A stretch of 38,984 bases of DNA from Rubrobacterales bacterium (lineage in GTDB: Bacteria > Actinomycetota > Rubrobacteria > Rubrobacterales > Rubrobacteraceae). The stretch covers positions 1 through 38,984 of the forward strand of contig JBBPZT010000217.1 in NCBI GenBank assembly GCA_038198625.1, in the 5' to 3' direction. Shown here piece after piece: positions 1 through 10,558 of this stretch (within the stretch, counting starts at the first letter, position 1; each line of letters starts with the position of its first letter). Under the pieces are notes generated by a model. The model worked only from the letters and a program-made list of their open reading frames with translations. It had not been told where the DNA came from and did not search any database. The translations under genes and the position numbers were made by a program.

Positions 1-2
1 AC

Positions 3-155
3 TCCGACATGCTCCAGATGCAGACCGCCACCCTAAGCATGACGCACCCTACCGGCTACCCGAGTTACCTGATGCTTACGCACCTCTTCACCTACCTGCC
101 GTTCGGGGACGAAGCCTACCGGAGCAACCTCGCCTCCGCCGGTGCTCCCGCTTGA
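3..155 (+). CDS. 3' end of an ORF running off the left edge. The last 50 codons resemble the N-proximal HP(P/T)GYP...PFG..AYR.NL segment of DUF2723/glycosyltransferase-39-like membrane proteins, so this may be a truncated remnant.
   Basis: Frame 3 translates as SDMLQMQTATLSMTHPTGYPSYLMLTHLFTYLPFGDEAYRSNLASAGAPA followed by TGA at 153-155. The motif resemblance is from memory. No continuation exists in the other frames. Confidence 0.3.
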   Translation, partial: SDMLQMQTATLSMTHPTGYPSYLMLTHLFTYLPFGDEAYRSNLASAGAPA

Positions 156-180
156 CGGTTGGTGGAGGCTCTGATACTTT
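152..180 (+). promoter_or_regulatory. Candidate sigma-70-type promoter for the pyr operon
   Basis: TTGACG at 152-157, a 17-nt spacer, then TGaTACTTT (extended -10 type) at 172-180. It lies about 60 nt upstream of the pyrR start. Confidence 0.3.
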
Positions 181-195
181 AGATCTCAATTGAAC

Positions 196-234
196 ACCTC
201 ACCTTTAACGGTGCCCAGTGAGGCGCGAAGGAGG
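196..234 (+). promoter_or_regulatory. PyrR-binding-loop-like leader hairpin overlapping the pyrR Shine-Dalgarno (translational or attenuation control)
   Basis: CCTCAC (198-203) pairs with GTGAGG (219-224). GCCCAGUGAGGCG matches 9/12 positions of the remembered PyrR box UCCAGAGAGGCU. The same CCUC could alternatively pair with the SD GAAGGAGG (227-234). Confidence 0.45.
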
Positions 235-242
235 TAGTAAGC

Positions 243-797
243 TTGAGAGCTTCAGGCACGGAAGAACGCGTGCGTTCGGAGATACTTACGCCGGACGGCT
301 TGGGCCGTTCTCTACGGCGCATTTCCCACGAGATACTAGAACGAAACGCATCAGCGCTCGGCGGTCTCGCCTTGGTCGGAGTGCTGACGCGCGGGGTGCC
401 GCTGGCGCGACGCATCTCCGAGAACATCAGGAGGTTCGAGGGGATAGAGGTCCCGGTCGGTTCCCTGGATATTACCCTCCATCGGGACGATCTCGGCACG
501 GAAGAGCCGGAGGTACACGGCAGCAGCATCCCTTTTGAGATCACGGGTAGGACAATAGTTCTGGTGGACGACGTGCTGTTTACCGGACGTACATCTCGGG
601 CGGCGATGGACGCGCTGCTGGAGATGGGACGGCCCGAGGCGGTGCGGCTCGCCATCCTGGTAGACCGGGGCCACCGGGAACTGCCCATAAGGGCGGATCA
701 CGTGGGGAAAAACGTCCCTACATCCCGCGGGGAGCGGGTGCGGGTGAAGCTGGAGGAGACCGACGGGGAAGATGGGGTGATCGTCGTTGCAGGGTAA
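243..797 (+). CDS. pyrR: Bifunctional pyrimidine operon regulator / uracil phosphoribosyltransferase PyrR
   Basis: 184 aa. PRPP-binding motif [12 protein letters not shown]. Typical PyrR ends ([13 protein letters not shown]..., [19 protein letters not shown]). TTG start 8 nt after GGAGG. Confidence 0.93.
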   Translation: MRASGTEERVRSEILTPDGLGRSLRRISHEILERNASALGGLALVGVLTRGVPLARRISENIRRFEGIEVPVGSLDITLHRDDLGTEEPEVHGSSIPFEITGRTIVLVDDVLFTGRTSRAAMDALLEMGRPEAVRLAILVDRGHRELPIRADHVGKNVPTSRGERVRVKLEETDGEDGVIVVAG

Positions 798-1704
798 GCA
801 TCTACTAACTATGAATGGGATGAGCCGGGAAGAGCTGCACTCCATCCTGGATCTGGCGAGAGACTTTACTGAGGGGAAAGCCGAACGTCCTCTGGAGGGT
901 AAGATCGTCTGTCTGGCGTTCTTCGAGTCCTCGACCCGCACGGCGTCCTCTTTCGAGCTCGCCGCGCGGAGGGCAGGTGCTGATGTGATCTCCCTGTCGG
1001 AGAAAGGTTCCGCCATCTCGAAGGGCGAGTCGCTCGTCGATACCGTAGTCACCCTGAGCAACCTCGGGGCCGACGCCCTGGTGATCCGTCATCCGGCGGC
1101 CGGAGCCTCTTCCCTGGCGTCCCGTCACACGGATGCGACGGTCATCAACGCGGGCGACGGCTGCGGCCAGCACCCGACGCAGGCCTTACTCGACCTGTAC
1201 GCCCTGAGTGAGTCTGCAGGCGGCTTCGAAGAGCTGGAGGGAAGGAAGGTCGCTATCTCCGGGGACATCCTCCACAGCAGGGTGGCGCGCAGCATTATCC
1301 CTGCTTTTCAGGCCGCCGGGATGGAGGTCTCGCTGGTCGCACCCCGTACCCTCCTGTCGTGTGAGGCGGATGCCTGGAGCCTGCCGGTCCTCTCCTCGGT
1401 GGATGAGGCACTGGAGTGGGGGGCGGAAATTCTCTACCTGCTCCGGCTCCAGAGGGAGAGGATGGCCGGGGCGCGCGTCCCGTCGGTGGCCGAGTACAGC
1501 GCTTACTACGGCGTCTCACGCAGGCATCTACTACCGGGGGTACAGGTCATGCACCCCGGCCCGGTCAACCGCGGGGTGGAGGTCGCCGGAGACGTGGTGC
1601 TGGATGAGGCTTCCCTGATCCCCGCCCAGGTCGCCGCCGGGGTGGCGGTTCGTTCAGCGGTCTTGGCGATGGCGACCGGCGCCGTCCGGGAGGTCGCGTT
1701 TTGA
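787..1704 (+). CDS. pyrB: Aspartate carbamoyltransferase catalytic subunit
   Basis: 305 aa. Motifs [27 protein letters not shown] and [11 protein letters not shown] start overlaps the pyrR stop. Confidence 0.95.
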   Translation: MQGKHLLTMNGMSREELHSILDLARDFTEGKAERPLEGKIVCLAFFESSTRTASSFELAARRAGADVISLSEKGSAISKGESLVDTVVTLSNLGADALVIRHPAAGASSLASRHTDATVINAGDGCGQHPTQALLDLYALSESAGGFEELEGRKVAISGDILHSRVARSIIPAFQAAGMEVSLVAPRTLLSCEADAWSLPVLSSVDEALEWGAEILYLLRLQRERMAGARVPSVAEYSAYYGVSRRHLLPGVQVMHPGPVNRGVEVAGDVVLDEASLIPAQVAAGVAVRSAVLAMATGAVREVAF

Positions 1705-2987
1705 GCGAGCTGCTCATCCGGCACGCCCATGTCCTGGATCCCTCCTCCGGCCTCGACCGCGTCGCGGACGTTCGGGTTTCCGCCGGACGTATCGCCGAAG
1801 TCGGGGATGGGCTTCGGGGCGGACGCCGGATCGACGCCGACGGACTGCACTTGTTCCCCGGCTTCGTGGACGTACACGCCCACTGGCGCACCCCCGGCCG
1901 TGAGGACGAGGAGACGATAGAGACCGGCTCGGCGGCCGCGGCCGCCGGTGGCTTTACCAGCGTCGTCATGATGCCCAACACTGATCCCGTGGTGGACAAG
2001 CCGGTCATAGTTAGCGGGATCGTGCGGCGCATTGAGCAGGAGTCGCGGGTTCGGGCGCACGTCTCGGCGGCCCTACACGCCGGGCTGAAAGGTGAGATGC
2101 TCACCGAGATGCGCCTCCTGAAAGAAGCAGGAGCTTTCTGCGTCTCCGACGACGGTCTCGGTACCGCCTCGGCCGGAGTGCTGCGCAACGGGATGCTGTA
2201 CGCTCGCTCTGCGGGACTACCGGTGATCCTGCACTGCGAAGACCACACGCTCGCAACCGGCGTCGTCCACGACGGGGCGGCGGCCGCCCTCGCGGGTATC
2301 CCCGGCTCCCCGCCGAGCGCCGAAGACGCAGCGACGGCGACCGCCCTGATCCTGGCGGCCGAAACCGGAGCAAGGGTCCACATCACCCACATCTCGACCG
2401 CCCTATCAGCGGCGCTGGTCGCTTTTTTCAAGGACCGGGCGGACGTAACCGCCGACACGACACCCCACCATCTGACGCTCACGGACGAGCTGGTCGCCAC
2501 CCTGGAAGGGATGTACCGGGTCAACCCGCCGCTCCGTCCGGAGAGAGACCTCCAGGGCGTCCGGGAGACTCTACGGGAGGGAGTCCTGGATTTCGTGGCG
2601 ACCGACCATGCGCCGCACGCCTCGGAAGAGAAAGGGCTTCCGCTAGAAGAAGCGGCTCCGGGATTTCTCGGACAGGAGACGGCGTTCGCCGCTCTCTATA
2701 CAGAGCTGGTGCAGGGAGGAAGGCTGTCGCTGTCGCGGCTGGTCGAGGCGATGAGCTGCGCCCCGGGACGCTGGGTCGGAGGGACGGGCAGGGTGGCTGT
2801 CGGCGCCCCGGCGGACCTCGCGCTCGTCGACCTCTCGGAGGAGTGGACGGTGAGCCGTGAATCGCTCGTGAGCCGCTCCTGGAACAGTCCCTACCTCGGC
2901 AAGAGACTGACGGGCCGTGTTGCGGGTACTATAGTTGGTGGAGATATGGTACACGACAGGACTGGAGCAGAGCTTGGAGTACGGTAG
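1701..2987 (+). CDS. pyrC: Dihydroorotase
   Basis: 428 aa. Motifs [11 protein letters not shown] (metal-binding HxH) and [12 protein letters not shown] overlap with the pyrB stop. Confidence 0.93.
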   Translation: MSELLIRHAHVLDPSSGLDRVADVRVSAGRIAEVGDGLRGGRRIDADGLHLFPGFVDVHAHWRTPGREDEETIETGSAAAAAGGFTSVVMMPNTDPVVDKPVIVSGIVRRIEQESRVRAHVSAALHAGLKGEMLTEMRLLKEAGAFCVSDDGLGTASAGVLRNGMLYARSAGLPVILHCEDHTLATGVVHDGAAAALAGIPGSPPSAEDAATATALILAAETGARVHITHISTALSAALVAFFKDRADVTADTTPHHLTLTDELVATLEGMYRVNPPLRPERDLQGVRETLREGVLDFVATDHAPHASEEKGLPLEEAAPGFLGQETAFAALYTELVQGGRLSLSRLVEAMSCAPGRWVGGTGRVAVGAPADLALVDLSEEWTVSRESLVSRSWNSPYLGKRLTGRVAGTIVGGDMVHDRTGAELGVR

Positions 2988-4095
2988 CGCGGGGCGCAGT
3001 CGGGCGACGGTAGTGCTGGAGGACGGGACCACCTTCGAAGGGTGGAGCTTCGCCGGTGGCGAAGCCGGCGAAGCGGCGGGCGAGGTCGTGTTCACGACCA
3101 GCATGGTCGGCTACCAGGAGACCCTCACCGATCCTTCTTACCGCGGCCAGATCCTCGTCTTCACCTACCCGCTCATCGGTAACTACGGCGTGATCCCCGG
3201 CGACGAAGAGTCTCGAAAGGTCCAGGCCGCCGCCGTCCTCGTGCGCGAGTACACTCCCTACTACAGCAACTGGGCCAGCCAGCGTTCCCTGGCCGAACTC
3301 CTGGACGAAACCGGCGTTTTGGGCATCGAGGGCCTTGATACCCGTGCGCTCACCCGCCATCTCCGCGATAAAGGCGCGATGCGGGGTGTCATCTCGACAG
3401 TAGACCATGACGCGACTTCCCTACGCGATAAGGCGAACGCCCACCCGGAGATGATCGGCCTCGACCTCGCTTCGGCGGGATCGGAGCTTACAGAACCCCT
3501 CCTCTTGCCGGCCTTCGGCGAAGAGGTTTGCCGGGTTGCCGCCCTCGACTACGGTGTGAAAGGCTCCATCTACAAGGAACTGCGGGGCAGGGGGACTTCG
3601 GTCCTGACGATGCCCGGATCGACGGGCGCATCGGAGATTTTGGAAGAAAATCCCGACGGTGTCTTCCTCTCCAACGGTCCGGGGGATCCCGCGGCCCTGG
3701 ATAAAGCCGTGGACAACCTGCGGCCCTTGCTCGGGGAGGTGCCGGTCTTCGGGATCTGCCTCGGCCACCAGATACTAGGCCTCGCGCTCGGCTGCGAGAC
3801 GTACAAGATGCCGTTCGGACACCACGGCGCGAACCACCCGGTACGTAACTTCGCTACTAACCGCATAGAGATAACCAGCCAGAACCACGGCTTCGCGGTG
3901 AGAGACGAGACGCTCCCGGACGGTGTCGAGCTTACCCACCGGAACCTCTACGACGGTACGGTCGAGGGCATCTCAGCCACAGAACTGCGTGCCTGGAGTG
4001 TCCAGTACCATCCCGAGTCGAGTCCCGGACCGCGTGACTCCGGCTACCTCTTCGACGGTTTCGTGCAGAGCATCTCGCATAAGACTCCGGCTTAG
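2974..4095 (+). CDS. carA: Carbamoyl-phosphate synthase small (glutamine amidotransferase) subunit
   Basis: Motifs [39 protein letters not shown] (catalytic Cys) and QYHPE. The ORF is open from TTG 2935. I prefer the in-frame TTG at 2974 based on family N-terminus length, so the start is uncertain. Confidence 0.9.
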   Translation: MEYGSAGRSRATVVLEDGTTFEGWSFAGGEAGEAAGEVVFTTSMVGYQETLTDPSYRGQILVFTYPLIGNYGVIPGDEESRKVQAAAVLVREYTPYYSNWASQRSLAELLDETGVLGIEGLDTRALTRHLRDKGAMRGVISTVDHDATSLRDKANAHPEMIGLDLASAGSELTEPLLLPAFGEEVCRVAALDYGVKGSIYKELRGRGTSVLTMPGSTGASEILEENPDGVFLSNGPGDPAALDKAVDNLRPLLGEVPVFGICLGHQILGLALGCETYKMPFGHHGANHPVRNFATNRIEITSQNHGFAVRDETLPDGVELTHRNLYDGTVEGISATELRAWSVQYHPESSPGPRDSGYLFDGFVQSISHKTPA

Positions 4096-4099
4096 CTCC

Positions 4100-7000
4100 T
4101 TGCCACGCCGCAACGACATAGCCAGCATCCTGATCATCGGCTCCGGCCCCATAGTCATCGGGCAGGCCGCCGAGTTCGACTACTCGGGCACCCAGGCGTG
4201 CCGGGCGCTGCGTGAGGAAGGCTACCGCGTAGTCCTCGTGAACTCGAACCCCGCCACCATCATGACCGACCCGGAAGTCGCCGACGCAACTTACGTCGAA
4301 CCACTGACCGTCGAAACGCTCACGGAGATCCTGCGTCGCGAACACCCCGACGCTATCCTCCCGACCCTCGGAGGCCAGACCGCCCTGAACCTCGCCGTCG
4401 AACTGCACGATGCCGGAATACTCGATGAGATGGACATCGAGCTACTCGGCGCCTCCATAGACTCTATCCGCAAAGCAGAAGACCGCCACCTCTTCCGCGA
4501 AGCGATGGACCGGATCGGCCTGAGAGTTCCAGAGAGCCGCATAATACACAACATATCCGAGGTGTGGCAGGTAACCGAGCAGTTAGGCTTCCCTCTGATA
4601 GTGCGTCCGAGTTTCACGCTGGGAGGAAAGGGCGGCGCTGTCGTGCAGGATCCGTCACAGTTCCAGCGCGCGGTATCCGATGGGCTAGATGCCAGCCCCG
4701 TAAAGAGCGTGCTTGTAGAGCGGAGTGTCGCCGGTTGGAAAGAGTTCGAGCTGGAGGTCATGCGTGACCTCGCGGACAACGTGGTCATCGTCTGCTCCAT
4801 CGAGAACGTGGACCCGATGGGCGTTCACACCGGAGACTCCATAACCGTCGCCCCGGCCCAGACTCTCTCAGATCGCCAATACCAAACGCTCCGATCCGCC
4901 TCTTTACGCATAATACGTGAGATCGGGGTTCAGACCGGGGGATCCAACATCCAGTTCGCGGTCGATCCGGAGAGCGATGATTTCTACGTGATAGAGATGA
5001 ACCCTCGTGTCTCCCGGTCGAGCGCGTTGGCGAGCAAGGCGACGGGGTTCCCGATAGCAAAGATAGCCGCCAAGCTCGCCGTCGGTTACGCTCTCGATGA
5101 GATCCCAAACGACATCACCCGCGCCACCCCCGCCTCTTTCGAGCCCGCCCTCGACTACGTGGTGACCAAGATACCCCGCTTCACCTTCGAGAAATTTCCT
5201 GGCACCCCAGCCAGGCTCACCACCACGATGCATTCCGTGGGCGAGGTCATGGCTATCGGCCGGACGTTCACCGAGAGCCTACTCAAGGCTATGGCTTCAC
5301 TAGAGGTAGATCCGCAGGATATCGTACCAAGCCTGGAGGAACCTAGCCCGTACAGGATCTTCGCCGTTTTCGACGCCCTTCGCGACGGGATGGACATCCC
5401 GGAGATCTACGACCGTACCCGGATAGACCCATTTTTCATCGCTTCCGTGGCGAAGATAGTGGCGGCCGAGGGCGCTCTCTCCGGCGCCTTGGACGCGGAG
5501 GCGCTCCGCGAAGCCAAGAAGCTCGGCCTGTCGGATGAAACCCTGGCCGTTGCAGCCGGGACCTCCACTAAGGTGGTGCGCGGTGTCAGGGAAGCTCTTG
5601 GCGTCGTCCCGACATACAAGTCCGTAGACACCTGTGCCGGGGAGTTCCCCGCACGCACACCGTACTACTACTCTACCTATGAAGTTGAGGATGAGGTAGA
5701 GCGCGGTGACGGCCCTTCGGTCGTGGTGCTCGGGAGCGGGCCGAACCGTATCGGGCAGGGCGTCGAGTTCGACTACGCCTGCGTCCACGCGAGTTACGCT
5801 CTAAAGGAGAGCGGCTACGACGCGGTCATGGTCAACTCGAACCCAGAGACGGTCTCGACCGACTACGATACCTCGACCCGCCTGTACTTCGAGCCCCTCT
5901 CGGCGGAGCACGTGCTGGAGGTCATCAGGCGTGAGAAGCCGGAGGGTGTGATCCTTCAGTTCGGGGGGCAGAGCCCGCTGAAACTCGCGCGAGAGCTCGA
6001 AGCTGCGGGAGCGACCATCCTTGGCACCTCCCCGGATGCGATAGACCTGGCCGAAGACAGGGCTCGCTTCGGGCGACTCCTGACCGAGCTTGAGATACCG
6101 CACCCACGTTTTGGGACCGCGAGCACTCCCGAGGAAGCCCGTGAGGTCGCCCAGGAACTCGGTTATCCGGCCGTCGTCCGTCCTTCATACGTCCTCGGCG
6201 GACGCAGAATGGAGATCGTCTACAGCGACGACGATCTCAACCTCTACCTCAGCTCCAGTGCTGATGCAAGCCCGGATCACCCGACGCTGATAGACGAGTT
6301 TATGGAGGATTACGTCGAGGTGGACGTGGATGCCGTGTCGGATGGTGAGGACGTCTACATTGGGGGGATCATGGAGCACGTGGAGGAAGCCGGGGTTCAC
6401 TCCGGGGACTCTTCCTGTGTTACCCCGCCGATCACTCTGCACCGGGCGCTTCTGGAGCGGATAGAAGGTTACACTCGGCGGCTGGCGTTGGCCGTCGGGG
6501 TCATCGGTCTAATGAACGTGCAGTACGTGGTGAGGGGTGACAGCGTGATGGTCATCGAGTGCAACCCCCGCGCCTCGCGGACGGTGCCGTTTATATCCAA
6601 GGCGACGGGCGTGCCGCTTGCGAAAGTCGCCACGCGGGTGCTGGTCGGGGAGAAGCTGCGGGATATGGATCTCGAGTCTTCGGTGAGCGGTCACTTCAGT
6701 GTAAAGGCGCCGGTATTTCCGTTCGACAGGTTTGCGGAGGCTGACCCGCTGCTCGGACCGGAGATGCGCTCGACGGGTGAGGCGATGGGGATAGATCGGA
6801 CCTTCGGTGGCGCGTTCGCGAAAGCTCTCACCGCCGCCGGCCAGACTTTGCCGATCTCGGGTAGGGTATACATCTCGGTTGCCAATCGGGACAAGCGCGC
6901 GGTCGTCCTCATAGCGCGGGCGTTCGCGGACCTCGGCTTCGAGGTCGCGGCAAGCGAAGGAACGGCTGAAGTCCTCAAGAATAATGGGCTGCCGGTTACG

Positions 7001-7264
7001 GTGGTGCCAAAGATTGGGGAGCGTAGTGAAGACGTACTCACCCTTATAGAGGGCGGTGGCGTAGACCTGATAGTGAACACTCCCTGGGGACGGGGAGCAC
7101 GCACGGATGGGTACCTGATCCGCCGCAAAGCCCTCACGCACGGCGTGCCCTGCATAACTACCCTCGCGGGCGCGGCAGCCGCAATCCAGGGGATAGAGTC
7201 AAAGATAAGAGGCGGCATGCAGAGGGTCAATCCTCTTCAGAGCCTCCACGCAACGAAGGCGTGA
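4100..7264 (+). CDS. carB: Carbamoyl-phosphate synthase large subunit
   Basis: N-terminus [30 protein letters not shown] begins at TTG 4100, just after the carA stop. Duplicated ATP-grasp halves and an MGS-like C-terminus. The track ORF from 3923 is an upstream read-through overlapping carA. Confidence 0.95.
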   Translation: MPRRNDIASILIIGSGPIVIGQAAEFDYSGTQACRALREEGYRVVLVNSNPATIMTDPEVADATYVEPLTVETLTEILRREHPDAILPTLGGQTALNLAVELHDAGILDEMDIELLGASIDSIRKAEDRHLFREAMDRIGLRVPESRIIHNISEVWQVTEQLGFPLIVRPSFTLGGKGGAVVQDPSQFQRAVSDGLDASPVKSVLVERSVAGWKEFELEVMRDLADNVVIVCSIENVDPMGVHTGDSITVAPAQTLSDRQYQTLRSASLRIIREIGVQTGGSNIQFAVDPESDDFYVIEMNPRVSRSSALASKATGFPIAKIAAKLAVGYALDEIPNDITRATPASFEPALDYVVTKIPRFTFEKFPGTPARLTTTMHSVGEVMAIGRTFTESLLKAMASLEVDPQDIVPSLEEPSPYRIFAVFDALRDGMDIPEIYDRTRIDPFFIASVAKIVAAEGALSGALDAEALREAKKLGLSDETLAVAAGTSTKVVRGVREALGVVPTYKSVDTCAGEFPARTPYYYSTYEVEDEVERGDGPSVVVLGSGPNRIGQGVEFDYACVHASYALKESGYDAVMVNSNPETVSTDYDTSTRLYFEPLSAEHVLEVIRREKPEGVILQFGGQSPLKLARELEAAGATILGTSPDAIDLAEDRARFGRLLTELEIPHPRFGTASTPEEAREVAQELGYPAVVRPSYVLGGRRMEIVYSDDDLNLYLSSSADASPDHPTLIDEFMEDYVEVDVDAVSDGEDVYIGGIMEHVEEAGVHSGDSSCVTPPITLHRALLERIEGYTRRLALAVGVIGLMNVQYVVRGDSVMVIECNPRASRTVPFISKATGVPLAKVATRVLVGEKLRDMDLESSVSGHFSVKAPVFPFDRFAEADPLLGPEMRSTGEAMGIDRTFGGAFAKALTAAGQTLPISGRVYISVANRDKRAVVLIARAFADLGFEVAASEGTAEVLKNNGLPVTVVPKIGERSEDVLTLIEGGGVDLIVNTPWGRGARTDGYLIRRKALTHGVPCITTLAGAAAAIQGIESKIRGGMQRVNPLQSLHATKA

Positions 7265-8010
7265 AGCTCAACCGGGCAGAAATTCTGAAACGTGAGAGGT
7301 TCGGCAACCACGCCCTACTTCGTTATCGCTGGGACGGGGGGCCACCGCGTCCGGGACAGTTCGTCATGGCTAGGACCGAGGTTGCGGCGTTCGACCCGTT
7401 CCTCTCCCGGCCGCTCTTCGTCCACGACTACGTAGATGGGGCCGCTAGCTTGCTCTTCGAGGTCCGCGGACGCGGAACGGCGCTCCTGGCTGATAAGAAT
7501 GCTCGGCTGATGGTCAGCGCCCCGTTGGGCCGGGGGTTCGATACCGGTGTCGATGGACCGGTTGCGCTGGTCGGTGGGGGCGTCTGGCTCTCTCCGCTCA
7601 AGCTACTATCCAGAAACCTGGACTTTCTCGGTGCGGATCACGACCTGTACCTGGAAATTCCAGCTTCCGCCCCCGAGGCTTACGCGGCCTGGATCTCTCG
7701 AACATATCCAGCGGCGACCTTCGTACGGACGGACGATCTGCAAGAATCGACGCACGTCTTGCTGGAGAGTCTGGGAGACCTCTCGCGCTACCGCGCCCTG
7801 TACGTGAGTGGAACCTCCGCGACCCTCGCCGCCGCAAAAGAAGCTTCCCGGAGCGTGGTTCCCGCGCAGCTCGCCGTGCGCGAGCGTATGGCTTGCGCCA
7901 GCGGCTCCTGCTACGGGTGCGCCGTGCCGGTTTGGAGGTCAGGAGTGCGGACCTATGCTCGAGTCTGCGTCGAGGGTCCGGTCTTCGCGGCCGAGGCGTT
8001 GGCTTGGTAG
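7261..8010 (+). CDS. pyrK: Dihydroorotate dehydrogenase electron-transfer (FAD/2Fe-2S) subunit
   Basis: 249 aa. C-terminal cluster [13 protein letters not shown]...[11 protein letters not shown]-type LSRPLFV and [12 protein letters not shown] overlap with the carB stop. Confidence 0.85.
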   Translation: MKLNRAEILKRERFGNHALLRYRWDGGPPRPGQFVMARTEVAAFDPFLSRPLFVHDYVDGAASLLFEVRGRGTALLADKNARLMVSAPLGRGFDTGVDGPVALVGGGVWLSPLKLLSRNLDFLGADHDLYLEIPASAPEAYAAWISRTYPAATFVRTDDLQESTHVLLESLGDLSRYRALYVSGTSATLAAAKEASRSVVPAQLAVRERMACASGSCYGCAVPVWRSGVRTYARVCVEGPVFAAEALAW

Positions 8011-8888
8011 CCCGAGCCGCGCGGCTCGGGGTAGAACTCTGCGGCATCCTGCTGGCGAACCCGCTAGTGCCCGCCGCCGGGACGCTCTCGAAAGAGGTGC
8101 TGGATCCGGACGCGAAAACGTACGGTGCGGTCCTCCCCAAAACGGTCACGCCGGAGCCGCGGGCAGGAAACCCGCCACCACGAATCGCAGAGGCCCCGTC
8201 CGGTATGATCAATACCATCGGACTCCAGAATCCAGGTATAGAACGCTTCATCGAAGACCTCGACGCCTTCGACGTCGGCTTACCCGTTATCGTCTCTGTC
8301 GCCGCTGATACCGCCGAAGACTTCGCCCTTCTTTGCCGCCGGCTCTCTCGTGATAACCGGGTAACGGCGGTAGAGCTCAACCTCTCATGCCCCAACGTGG
8401 AGCATGCCGGAGCCACTTTCTGCGCGGTTCCCGGAAGCGTTTCGGAAGTAGTCGCAGCCTGCCGAAAAGCGTTGCCGGACAAGCCTTTACTCGCCAAGCT
8501 GGCCAACGAGAACGTTTTACACAACGCTCTCGCATCTGAGGAAGCTGGGGCTGATGCGCTTACCCTCATCAACACCATACCCGCCCTCTCCATCGACGCC
8601 AACGAGAGGAAGGTCTTCCTGCGAGGCGGTCTCTCCGGACCGGCTATAAAACCTATTGCATTGCGAGCCGTCTACGACATGACGCGGGTTGTCCGCATAC
8701 CGGTGATCGGCTGCGGCGGTATCTCAAGCGGCACGGACGTCGCCGAGTTCATGCTCGCCGGGGCCACGGCCGTCCAGGTCGGGGCGGCGAGCTTCGTCCG
8801 GGAGCCACGCGAAATACTAGAAGAGTTCTCCTCTTACCTGAACGAGGCAGGTCTCGACGCCCATGAGATGACATCGGTCTTGGAGTGA
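8004..8888 (+). CDS. pyrD: Dihydroorotate dehydrogenase catalytic subunit (class 1B)
   Basis: Motifs NPLVPAAGT, GMINTIGLQNPG, ELNLSCPN and GCGGISSG. TTG 8004 overlaps the pyrK stop by 7 nt. The track ORF from 7893 overlaps pyrK. Confidence 0.9.
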   Translation: MVARAARLGVELCGILLANPLVPAAGTLSKEVLDPDAKTYGAVLPKTVTPEPRAGNPPPRIAEAPSGMINTIGLQNPGIERFIEDLDAFDVGLPVIVSVAADTAEDFALLCRRLSRDNRVTAVELNLSCPNVEHAGATFCAVPGSVSEVVAACRKALPDKPLLAKLANENVLHNALASEEAGADALTLINTIPALSIDANERKVFLRGGLSGPAIKPIALRAVYDMTRVVRIPVIGCGGISSGTDVAEFMLAGATAVQVGAASFVREPREILEEFSSYLNEAGLDAHEMTSVLE

Positions 8889-8920
8889 AGTTTGCGTTTG
8901 TGAGGGAGATCTCTGTCAGG

Positions 8921-10114
8921 TCACGGTTTTTGAAGTGAGACTTCGCCCGGCTTTATAAGCGTAGCCACAAGTGCGAGGACGGCGGAGATCAGTAACGAGC
9001 CGCCTATCCCGAACTGGCCCGCGAGTAGCCCGAGCAGCGCCGGACCGAGGATGCTGCCAGTCCCGAAAAAGAAGAGCGTGACGGAGAACCCGGTCGAGGG
9101 TTGCTCTGGGAAAGTAGCCGAACTCCACATTGCCAGTAGGGCGCTCATGAGCATCACATCCGCCCCGTAGAGGGCTGCCGAGGAGACTACCGCCGCAATC
9201 ACCGCCGGGAACGCGCCCAACAAAAAAGTAGCCGCTCCCAGCGTCACGAAGATGCCCGATAGCATCAGACGAAACCCGAATCGCGCTACCAGTTCCCCGG
9301 TAAATAGCCCCACGAATCCCCCGAGTCCCAGCACAACGAAGAAGACCGCACCACCTGATGGGAAATTACCCGTCCGCTCCACGAAGTCTACGGAGAAGGA
9401 CCAGTAAAAAGCGCTGATCAACCCGTAGACGAACGCGGCTGAGAAAAGTGGTCCGGAGCCGGCACGCCTGAACAATTCAGTCCTCAGAGAACGTGCAACC
9501 GTACGGTTTTCTTCTATATCGGGAGATGGCATCGGCCTGGATCCACCGGCGGGAAGGACGAGCGCGTTTATTACCGTGGCGGCTCCGGCGGCTCCGGCGA
9601 AGATCAGCCACCCGGACCGCCACCCGGCTCCCGCAACGAGCGCGACCAGTCCCGCGACCACGATGCCGAACGTGGTCCCCGTGCTGACGATCGAGAGTAC
9701 CCTGCCTCGTAAGGAGGGCGCCACCATCCGATCCGCCGCGTCGTTGTATGGTGCCCACGACCAACCGGCGCTCGTACCCGCCAGGATGACTCCCGCCGAC
9801 AGCACCGCCGCGTTGGGCGCCAGGGCGACTAGCGTCATGCCCGCACCGGCGCACAGTCCGCCTGCTACTACCAGGGGCCTCGGACCGGTCTTGGCTGCCA
9901 GCAACCCAACCGCTGAGAGCGCCACCAGATAACCCGCTTGCAGTCCACTCGCGATAAACCCCGAGACCTCGATCCCCAACCCGAACTCGTCGCGGAATTC
10001 GGGTAAGAACAACCCGAAGCCGTTCCGCGCCGGACCGAAAGCCACCGCGATAGCCAAAAAACCGGCTAGCGCAAGCGACCGCGCGCCGCCCGGCTGCTTT
10101 CTCATCAGGAGCAT
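8921..10114 (-). CDS. MFS-type transporter with about 12 predicted hydrophobic segments (YbfB/YjiJ-like), substrate unknown
   Basis: Highly hydrophobic Gly/Ala/Leu-rich protein. I chose the start at ATG 10114 (MLLMRKQPGG...). The upstream part of the track ORF is non-membrane junk overlapping the mihF promoter. Confidence 0.7.
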   Translation of the reverse strand: MLLMRKQPGGARSLALAGFLAIAVAFGPARNGFGLFLPEFRDEFGLGIEVSGFIASGLQAGYLVALSAVGLLAAKTGPRPLVVAGGLCAGAGMTLVALAPNAAVLSAGVILAGTSAGWSWAPYNDAADRMVAPSLRGRVLSIVSTGTTFGIVVAGLVALVAGAGWRSGWLIFAGAAGAATVINALVLPAGGSRPMPSPDIEENRTVARSLRTELFRRAGSGPLFSAAFVYGLISAFYWSFSVDFVERTGNFPSGGAVFFVVLGLGGFVGLFTGELVARFGFRLMLSGIFVTLGAATFLLGAFPAVIAAVVSSAALYGADVMLMSALLAMWSSATFPEQPSTGFSVTLFFFGTGSILGPALLGLLAGQFGIGGSLLISAVLALVATLIKPGEVSLQKP

Positions 10115-10196
10115 GTTTCGTTGCCGATTGCGGTCCTCCGCGCTTTCCTTGCAAGAAACATTTTCCGATTGTAACCCTGCAATGGTACTGGAGGTG

Positions 10197-10225
10197 TTAC
10201 CGGGAACGAGGCGCGATGGTATACT
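10197..10225 (+). promoter_or_regulatory. Candidate promoter of mihF (extended -10), implying a leaderless or near-leaderless mRNA
   Basis: TGgTATACT at 10217-10225, with a weak -35 TTACCG at 10197-10202. Only 9 nt separate it from ATG 10235, and there is no SD. Confidence 0.4.
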
Positions 10226-10234
10226 GAATAACTG

Positions 10235-10558
10235 ATGCTTAGGCGCGCACCAGAACGAACATCCCAAGAGCGCCGGAGTGCGTTGGAAGAAGCGAACCGG
10301 ATCCGTTTCGCCCGCGCCGACGCCAAACGAGACCTCAAAAGCGGAAAGCTCGATATCTACGATCTGCTCATGGACCCCTCCGAGGAACTGAAAGGTGCGA
10401 AAGTCGAAGAGATGCTTCTAGCTCTGCGAGGTATGGGACGAATCAAGGTGACGCGGATTTTGAGAGGAGCAAGCATTAGCCGCTCCAAAACGCTCGTGGG
10501 TTTGACACATGGACAGCGGGATCGCTTGATCGGAGTTCTGGGTTGCCAGGACACCTGA
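10235..10558 (+). CDS. mihF: Actinobacterial integration host factor (mIHF/sIHF family nucleoid protein)
   Basis: 107 aa. SQERRSALEEANRIRFARADAKRDLKSG...KVEEMLLALRGMGRIKVTRIL...GLTHGQRDRL aligns with remembered mIHF/sIHF sequences. It sits in the canonical position upstream of gmk-rpoZ. Confidence 0.85.
   Translation: MLRRAPERTSQERRSALEEANRIRFARADAKRDLKSGKLDIYDLLMDPSEELKGAKVEEMLLALRGMGRIKVTRILRGASISRSKTLVGLTHGQRDRLIGVLGCQDT

Noticed and set aside
1565-2524. Long antisense ORF (319 aa) opposite pyrC. Similar ones occur at 7598-8602, 11623-12453, 14155-15030, 27122-27886, 30219-30899 and 33846-34481.
   Set aside because: These are Arg/Pro/Ser/Gly-rich with no recognisable motifs. Each lies fully opposite a strongly supported conserved gene. 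This is the expected stop-codon-poor antisense frame of high-GC DNA.
3923-4099. N-terminal extensions of track ORFs: carB from 3923, pyrD from 7893, pilN from 19934, recN from 29130, MFS up to 10267.
   Set aside because: The extensions overlap the preceding conserved gene in another frame and add non-homologous residues. Family-consistent N-termini begin at the internal TTG, GTG or ATG codons that I used.
8889-8920. Missing pyrF/pyrE after pyrD, and the GAGATCTC palindrome in the convergent pyrD/MFS spacer.
   Set aside because: pyrE and pyrF are frequently encoded elsewhere. The 8-bp palindrome is too short to call a terminator or operator.
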